From an uncultured Nitrososphaeraceae archaeon (GTDB lineage: Archaea; Thermoproteota; Nitrososphaeria; Nitrososphaerales; Nitrososphaeraceae), in the NCBI GenBank assembly GCA_963825865.1, contig CAWGVG010000062.1:164940-228939 (forward strand): a stretch of 64,000 nucleotides of DNA, in the 5' to 3' direction. Made by a program: the position numbers and the translations under genes. The notes under the pieces were generated by a model. The model was not told the origin of the DNA. It worked only from the letters and a program-made list of their open reading frames with translations, and searched no databases. Positions 57,806 through 64,000 of this stretch are shown in pieces. Numbering within the stretch: the stretch's first letter is position 1; each line of letters opens with the position of its first letter.

Positions 57806-58851
57806 AGATCTCTTGTGTAATTAGAAGCTTAGAGCTATATTCCTCTTCACATAGGATATCTATCTGACAAGCTCTTTGATGTCCTATAGCAAATTATGTA
57901 AGAAACCTTTGATATTCAGGTCATTTACCGGAGTAACTGTATCTGAATTTGAATCCATTTGTAACGAAATTGAACATAACTACGAAGAGCACGAAAGAAG
58001 ACGTCTTCTATCAAGGACGAGAATACGGGATATAGGTGCTGGTAGACCATTTAAGCTTAAAGTTAAAGAAAGATTCGTTATGCTTCTAGTATACTACAGA
58101 TTATACATTACATATACATTATCAGGATTTCTGTTTGACCTTGATCAAAGCAATGTTTGTAGAGATATATCAATGATGGAACCACTTATCAAGGAGTGTA
58201 TTCCATTGCCAAAGAAGATATACAAACGTACTAGGAGATTAAGAACTATAGATGAAGTAGAAGAGTACTTTCCTGGATTCAAGGCTTTCATAGACTCTAC
58301 AGAACAAGAAATTCCAAGACCTAAGAACAAAAGAAGAAGGAAGAGTTACTATTCAGGTAGAAAGAAGAAACATACTGTCAAGACACAATTGATGGTAAAC
58401 AGTGAAGGATTGATACTGCATAAGACAGGTCACAGAAGTGGAAGAAAACATGATTATGACATTTACAAACACAATCATTCTATAACTCCATCACAAGTTG
58501 AAAACATAGTTGATCTTGGTTATCTTGGCATTGAAAAGGACTTTCCCACTGTAAAGTCTGTACTTCGTATCAAAAAGAAAAAGGGTACATTGCTTTCATG
58601 TGATGAAAGAACTTACAACAAGAATCATTCTAGGCTAAGGATCATAGTAGAACATACCATATGTAAGATCAAAAAGTTTGGAATAATGGGTACGAAATTT
58701 AGAAACAGATTAAGGAAGTACAATAACGTATCTGATATAATATCCGGTCTCCTGAACTTCAGAGTTATACAGTCTGACAGCATTTCAATCTAAGAAGACG
58801 GCTAAAACAAGTAGGGTGTTAGACTATAGCTGCTAATTACGCAAGAGATCT
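57806..58851 (+). mobile_element. IS5-family (ISL2-group-like) insertion sequence
   Basis: TIRs AGATCTCTTG(T/C)GTAATTAG(A/C)AGCT; TSD AAT (or TA if the ends are 57807/58850). Confidence 0.9.
57876..58793 (+). CDS. Intact DDE transposase (HTH_Tnp_4 plus DDE_Tnp_4 type)
   Basis: 'FRSFTGVT', 'GAGRPFKL', 'FIDSTEQ', 'YSGRKKKHTVK', 'VDLGYLG', 'RIIVEHTI'. Confidence 0.9.
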   Translation: MMSYSKLCKKPLIFRSFTGVTVSEFESICNEIEHNYEEHERRRLLSRTRIRDIGAGRPFKLKVKERFVMLLVYYRLYITYTLSGFLFDLDQSNVCRDISMMEPLIKECIPLPKKIYKRTRRLRTIDEVEEYFPGFKAFIDSTEQEIPRPKNKRRRKSYYSGRKKKHTVKTQLMVNSEGLILHKTGHRSGRKHDYDIYKHNHSITPSQVENIVDLGYLGIEKDFPTVKSVLRIKKKKGTLLSCDERTYNKNHSRLRIIVEHTICKIKKFGIMGTKFRNRLRKYNNVSDIISGLLNFRVIQSDSISI

Positions 58852-59914
58852 AATATAAGGATTATTTTTATCGTAAAATCCTGCATAGTTCTTTTCTTGT
58901 TCTAAAACTCTCGATTTATCATATGCAGACACTTCGGTTATCTGTCTTGTCCATGCCCATGTAGACTTTTGGTTATTACTACTGGTACTATTGTTATTAT
59001 AGTTATTGATGTTACTGTTAGAACTATTAGTCGGATTTCTAGAAAGTATCACCCTGTAATCAGTTACTCCTGCATGTTGAACCGAATCAATTGCAAGAGC
59101 CATTGTAAAATCAGTCTCATGCCAAGCAGGTGTGTCTAATACCTCATCTTCAAATGGAGAACGGAATATAACAGTCATACCGCTTCCATCATCTGTAATT
59201 CCTTGTTTCTTTTGCCAGTCAACAGGAAAGTTTATTTTTATTCCAAGACCTTCAAATTTTAAAACATAATTGTCACTAGTATCAGCCTGTAGTTTGCTGG
59301 GTTTTGTGTTGTTGGCCGCGTATGGACTTTCAAACTTGATAGAATTAATCATTTCCTGTATGGTTGGTAAATAGTCAGAGTAGTTTACTCGTGACGCGGA
59401 ATAAGTGATATCATATACTTTGTCTTTGTTTATGGTCCAAAGTGTCATATTCTTCAAATCTACTCCCTCATCGTTTTTGGCACTATAAACTATCTTGTAC
59501 GCAGGATTACCTGCAATAGTAGTAGTTGAATTCACATTTTTGTCAATAGTAAAATTATTATTTAGAATATTGAGAGGATTATACATTTTAGCAATTTGTA
59601 TTTTGGCATATTTGTCTACTGATATATGTGAAGATGCCTTTGTTAAATTTGATACTTTTATTTTAAGCTGCTCTTGATAAATATCAATACTATCTCTTAA
59701 AGAAGGTTGTCTAGATAAAGATCCAGACATTATTATTTGGATGGGAGAGTCTGAGAGCAAAATATTCCATTACCTCTTTACACGAACAAAGAAACTTGGG
59801 CTTAACTTGCAACTTGGGAGAGAGGTCATAGCAGACGATCTCATGAATTTAAAGCGCCCGTTGTCAGAGTGGATCAAAGGCTTAATATGAGACCCTACTC
59901 TTGACGTAATCACA

Positions 59915-60565
59915 ATGAATTCTAAGACTTCCTTAATTTTAGGAATGGCTACAGCGTTAACATTAGGAATAATGATTATGTTTGCTTCACCATTATCCGC
60001 AACTACGAATATGGGCGGCGGTATGATGATGCCTCCACCACCGTCATCATATTCACCACAGCAGCCTGGTGGAATCCCCGGTCAAGGCGACATCATCCAA
60101 CCAGGACTATATGCTAGAGGAACTATTGCAAGTTTGCAAAACGATAAGGATGGAAAACCTGCATGGGTTGTTTCTGGTTTATGGAGAGGTAGTTTAACAA
60201 ACATGACCTCTGCTGCAATGATGTCATCAAGCGCAAACAACACAACTAGCAAAAAGAATCTTCCAACTGCAACGTTCAATACAGTATTTGATATGGAGAT
60301 GCTAAATGGAAGTGCTTTGCATAAACATCAGATATCCAACTTTACGTTGACAAGCATGTCGATGCCAGATGAAAAAACTGTTGTATACAATGGAACTGCC
60401 ACAATAACTATGAAAGAAGGACCAGTTAATGACGTGCCTCTAAGTATTAGAACACTAAATGATAACGTAATAAGCATTTGGGTAGACCCAGCAAAGACAA
60501 TGAATCATTTCGGTAACACACCAATATACGGTACTATTACACAAGATGTTCTTGTAAGAAAGTAG
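59915..60565 (+). CDS. Exported hypothetical protein
   Basis: Signal peptide; 'GTIASLQND...NHFGNTPIYG'. Confidence 0.75.
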   Translation: MNSKTSLILGMATALTLGIMIMFASPLSATTNMGGGMMMPPPPSSYSPQQPGGIPGQGDIIQPGLYARGTIASLQNDKDGKPAWVVSGLWRGSLTNMTSAAMMSSSANNTTSKKNLPTATFNTVFDMEMLNGSALHKHQISNFTLTSMSMPDEKTVVYNGTATITMKEGPVNDVPLSIRTLNDNVISIWVDPAKTMNHFGNTPIYGTITQDVLVRK

Positions 60566-61334
60566 AAGGAAAATAAATAAATATATTCTATTGCATCTTT
60601 TTCTCTCTTTTTTATGCAGGATTACAAATTTATTAACATGTTGAGATACAGTGTCCACATATTGCTAACATCGTGTCATATGCAAAAAAATCATATGTAA
60701 ATGATAAGATGGAAGACCAAGAATTATTAACCTTGGATACCATCTCTCCGATATGGGAAGACATTAGAAGAGAGCAAACTACTTCCTCTATTTATCTCAG
60801 ACGATTAAGATTGTATCTTGAACTTAAAGATACTTCAAAGTGTGTAGCTGTTATGACAACCTGAATCAATTCGCCAGCCAATTGAGAAAGTTGATTCCAC
60901 ATATCGGTATGCTGAAAAGAATAGCGAACACTTTTTGGACTGAGGCCAGATTCTAATTGTTTACGCATAAATCGAAGCATCATTAACGCATCTAATCGTT
61001 TCTGATTAGATGATGTTTTGCACTCTCCATGATTGAGGTAGGAGGGAGACGATAAGTCCTAGATCTGAAATAGGCTATGAACAATATGGTCTTCAGAGTG
61101 TTGCGATATATCTATGACTCATTCGGCGTGGTAAAAACGAGTCAAATTTGTTTTGAATCCCCCGGATTCGGACCAATGTATGTGTTTTTTGAGTGAAGAT
61201 TTGCGGGCCCAAATATTATGTCAGATTTGTCCTGCATCCGACACAGTCAATCTTAAGGTATTTGATCTTTTAACTCCTCAAGCAGCTGCTCTCAATTATA
61301 TTCCGACCTTATTAACCCAATAAGCAAGGATATC

Positions 61335-61811
61335 GTGTTAGAGAAATGGATTTTCTTAACAGATGATATTGAGGTCACAGTAACAATCCATCATACCGAT
61401 ATTGTAAGTATTGCGCTAGCATGTTCATACAAGCCTATAGCAATAGATGTGCCTGACCTATTTCACCTGATAGAAGTCCTAACACGTAGTGAAGCTAGGC
61501 TTTCAGCTATCGCAGCGGAGTCTAGTGTCCCTAGCACATACAGCGATAATAACAACAGCAACATAGCCGTTCCTAGATATACTACATGGACTGTCGTCAT
61601 GTGGCATTTTGGAGTAGATTCAATTGATAGCTATGATGGTAAAGAGTTTCATGTAACTTTCGAACATGGCGCGAATGACTTGTACAGAATTTATACAAAG
61701 AGAATGAGAGATAATAATAAAATAGTAAGGGCTGAGCTCCAAGAATACCCACACAAGCCGCCTATTGATGCTATTATGGACAAACTCTATGCGGAGAAGT
61801 TTTTGACATGA
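61335..61811 (+). CDS. Mobile-element-associated hypothetical protein (5'-truncated; paralog of 10049-10390)
   Basis: 'ACSYKPIAID', 'WTVVMWHFGVDS', 'VRAELQEYP'. Confidence 0.6.
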   Translation: MLEKWIFLTDDIEVTVTIHHTDIVSIALACSYKPIAIDVPDLFHLIEVLTRSEARLSAIAAESSVPSTYSDNNNSNIAVPRYTTWTVVMWHFGVDSIDSYDGKEFHVTFEHGANDLYRIYTKRMRDNNKIVRAELQEYPHKPPIDAIMDKLYAEKFLT

Positions 61812-62015
61812 TAACAAGCACTGCTGTACTAAAGTCTAAATCTAATTCTGTAATAAAAGATAATAATTACAATGGAAAATTTCAAGGCAACTCGATCATA
61901 AACATTAATGATGCTTTAGAAATATCGTTAAGAGAACGTCTAGATAAAACAGGCCTAAGAATCGGTCAAAAATATTGCAATAACAGGAGCAGCCGAGATT
62001 TCCAAAGATACAGGC

Positions 62016-62855
62016 TTGCATATTGGAGAATGTTCACGGATGTGTAATTGGGCCACTCTTCATTTAGAGAAGCAAGGTACTATTCCGAAATGCTTCTCTT
62101 CAGTGCTAGATTTATATGAATGTGCTTTTGCGCGATTTATTCCGACAGGCTCTAAAGAACTAGATAAATTAATTGGTGAAGGAAATGGCATAGAAGTAGG
62201 TGCGCTCACAGAATTTTATGGGGCGTCAGCTACGGGCAAAACCCAAATATGTTTTACTTTGTGCGCGATGGTACAACACGAGCTAAACGGGAAGGCGATA
62301 TACATTGATACTGAGAATAGCTTTAGGCCTGAGCGAATAAAAGCAATTGCAAATGCAAGAGGGTTTGATTCACAAAGTATTCTTAAAAATATATACTTTG
62401 TAAGAGCACTTAACAGTAGCTCCCAAGAACAGATAATAAAAAAGAGAGTAGGAGCATTCATCGAAAAAGAAGAGAAAGATATCAAGTTACTTGTCGTTGA
62501 TTCGGTCATTGCGCACTACAGAGCAGAATTCTCAGGGAGAGCTATGCTTTCTGAAAGACAGCAAAGGTTAAACAACTTGATGTCAACTTTAGCGAGGATT
62601 GCGCAGGTATATGGAATTGCAGTAGTAGTGACTAATCAAATTCAAACTACACCTGAGGACTTACGCACTAATCGCATCAGTTCTGACAGACCAATAGGAG
62701 GAAATGTCATGGAACATGCAAGCACTTATCGAATAAATCTAAGACATCGTACAGGGAACTCTAGAATGGCAACTTTAGTTAAAAGTCCATCACATTGTGA
62801 AAACGATGCTGTATTTACAATATCAGACAGAGGAATTTCAGATGCTGAAAAATAA
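62016..62855 (+). CDS. RadA/Rad51-family recombinase paralog
   Basis: 'IPTGSKELDKL', Walker A GASATGKT, 'YIDTENSFRPER', Walker B LLVVDS, 'HYRAEFSGR', 'VVVTNQ', 'PIGGNVMEHAST'. Confidence 0.9.
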   Translation: MHIGECSRMCNWATLHLEKQGTIPKCFSSVLDLYECAFARFIPTGSKELDKLIGEGNGIEVGALTEFYGASATGKTQICFTLCAMVQHELNGKAIYIDTENSFRPERIKAIANARGFDSQSILKNIYFVRALNSSSQEQIIKKRVGAFIEKEEKDIKLLVVDSVIAHYRAEFSGRAMLSERQQRLNNLMSTLARIAQVYGIAVVVTNQIQTTPEDLRTNRISSDRPIGGNVMEHASTYRINLRHRTGNSRMATLVKSPSHCENDAVFTISDRGISDAEK

Positions 62856-62880
62856 TAAATGATTCATACTAGATAGTCAA

Positions 62881-63416
62881 TTATGATTCTTTTGAATGCC
62901 TTCTAACTGATGAAGCTTCGGGTACGCCATCAAAACTAAATGTATCTCCTATTTGTCTCTTCCAAATGGGTGCTGTCTCAACACCTGCTCGATATACAGA
63001 ATCAATTTTACATCGTTCATCTATCGAATTAAAAATGGAGTTACGAATTGGCAGCCGTATTTTCTCCATCTCTTGTACCATGAGCAATGGTTTTTGCAGC
63101 TGACAAACAACCTGCCCATAAACGTAATGCTATACTTGCCAATTTATTTTCGTCATTATAACCATCTATATACCGATGGATTAATCTTGTAATATCTCCC
63201 AACAATTCCATCTTGCTCGCTCTTATCAAGATAATGGAGCTGTCCTGTTTTGCTTCCTAATTCGAGATCTCTGTTTATATCTATATTTAGACGATTATTC
63301 AATTTGTTTATCAGATCTGCTCTTATTTTTACATTTTCTAACGATTGGGGTAATGATACTGTTTGAGCTAATTCTTGTGCCCATGAGTATGCTATCTCCA
63401 TATTCAAATCTACCAT
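62881..63416 (-). pseudogene. Hypothetical protein split into three overlapping ORFs
   Basis: 63156-63416, 63041-63229 and 62881-63087 read as one frameshifted gene. Confidence 0.45.
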
Positions 63417-64000
63417 TTTTTTCGTGTTTTGATATACCGAAAATAATGTTTACGGAGTATGATAACATAGTTAACAATAAAATAGCTTTAAACCAATAAC
63501 ACACTATAATTTTATTGAAGGATGGAGTGATCCAAGAAGCAAATCGAACAAAAACAATATGTGTGATGTGTAACATGCTATTAGAGTTAACTTTTAAGGT
63601 AATAATACCATACATTAATTTTGGAGGCTGCACCTTAACAAAAAAAAGCCCTCGTAGTCTGTTTTGTCAGGATGGTTGTCATTATTTAATGCAATACAAC
63701 TCCAACGGCTACCCCGCTATTTCATATTGATCTGAGACATATTTTTTTTATGATACTATCGATTATGATAATACCTTTGACCAATAATTAAAGCACTAAT
63801 TAGACGCTTAACGTAATGACAACCTATGTCATGCTGTAAGGATACTAGAGTTTATTTTGATTTTAGAAAAAAAAGAAATGATTCTTTTAAATGTCTTGAG
63901 GAGCCTGTAGAAGGCAGTCAATTATGCTTATTCCATGATTACAAATATCACATATCTAACGCAACAGAAGTGTTAGAAAAGATATTGGAAAAAGTGGAAA

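Larger units (their letters stand above)
57104..59760 (-). pseudogene. Large PsbP-related membrane-anchored protein interrupted by an IS
   Basis: 59760-58851 (...NNPYI) rejoins in frame with 57805-57104 (LFSFNLEKVNFPQQY...C-terminal TM) when the IS is removed. Confidence 0.8.

Noticed and set aside
61150-61175. TTTGAATCCCCCGGATTCGGACCA resembling a tRNA T-arm/3' end (possible att site)
   Set aside because: No acceptor, D or anticodon arms could be built and no second copy was seen; it is better explained as a short palindrome.

Overview
AT-rich archaeal DNA, most consistent with a soil ammonia-oxidising archaeon (Nitrososphaeraceae). This is inferred from the PsbP-related exported proteins, MCM, PriX-type primase, RadA paralog, P-II and Lrp proteins. 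Many genes are broken by 1-bp frameshifts, which may be long-read indels and/or real decay. Bases ~1-10 kb carry host-type genes (PsbP-like protein, TMEM175 channel, esterase, YcaC hydrolase interrupted by an IS5-type element, P-II, Lrp). From ~10 to 50 kb lies a stack of related integrated virus/plasmid-like elements: primase-PriX, MCM helicase with in-gene iterons, GHKL/TopoVIB-like ATPase, HNH, TerS-like and TerL terminase, tyrosine integrase and several remnants. No portal, capsid or cas gene was recognised. The most unusual feature is an orphan, degenerate CRISPR-like mini-array at ~27.43-27.85 kb in which every spacer contains a strong palindrome; three of these are covarying variants of TG(C/A)G(C/G)AC-TWA-GT(G/C)C(G/T)CA. 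Also notable are five copies of a secreted Cys-motif protein cassette with two alternative C-termini (four copies share a conserved upstream element), and a recurring pattern of cargo flanked by duplicated 3' ends of core genes (MCM 160 bp, TerS 17 bp, TerL 53 bp).
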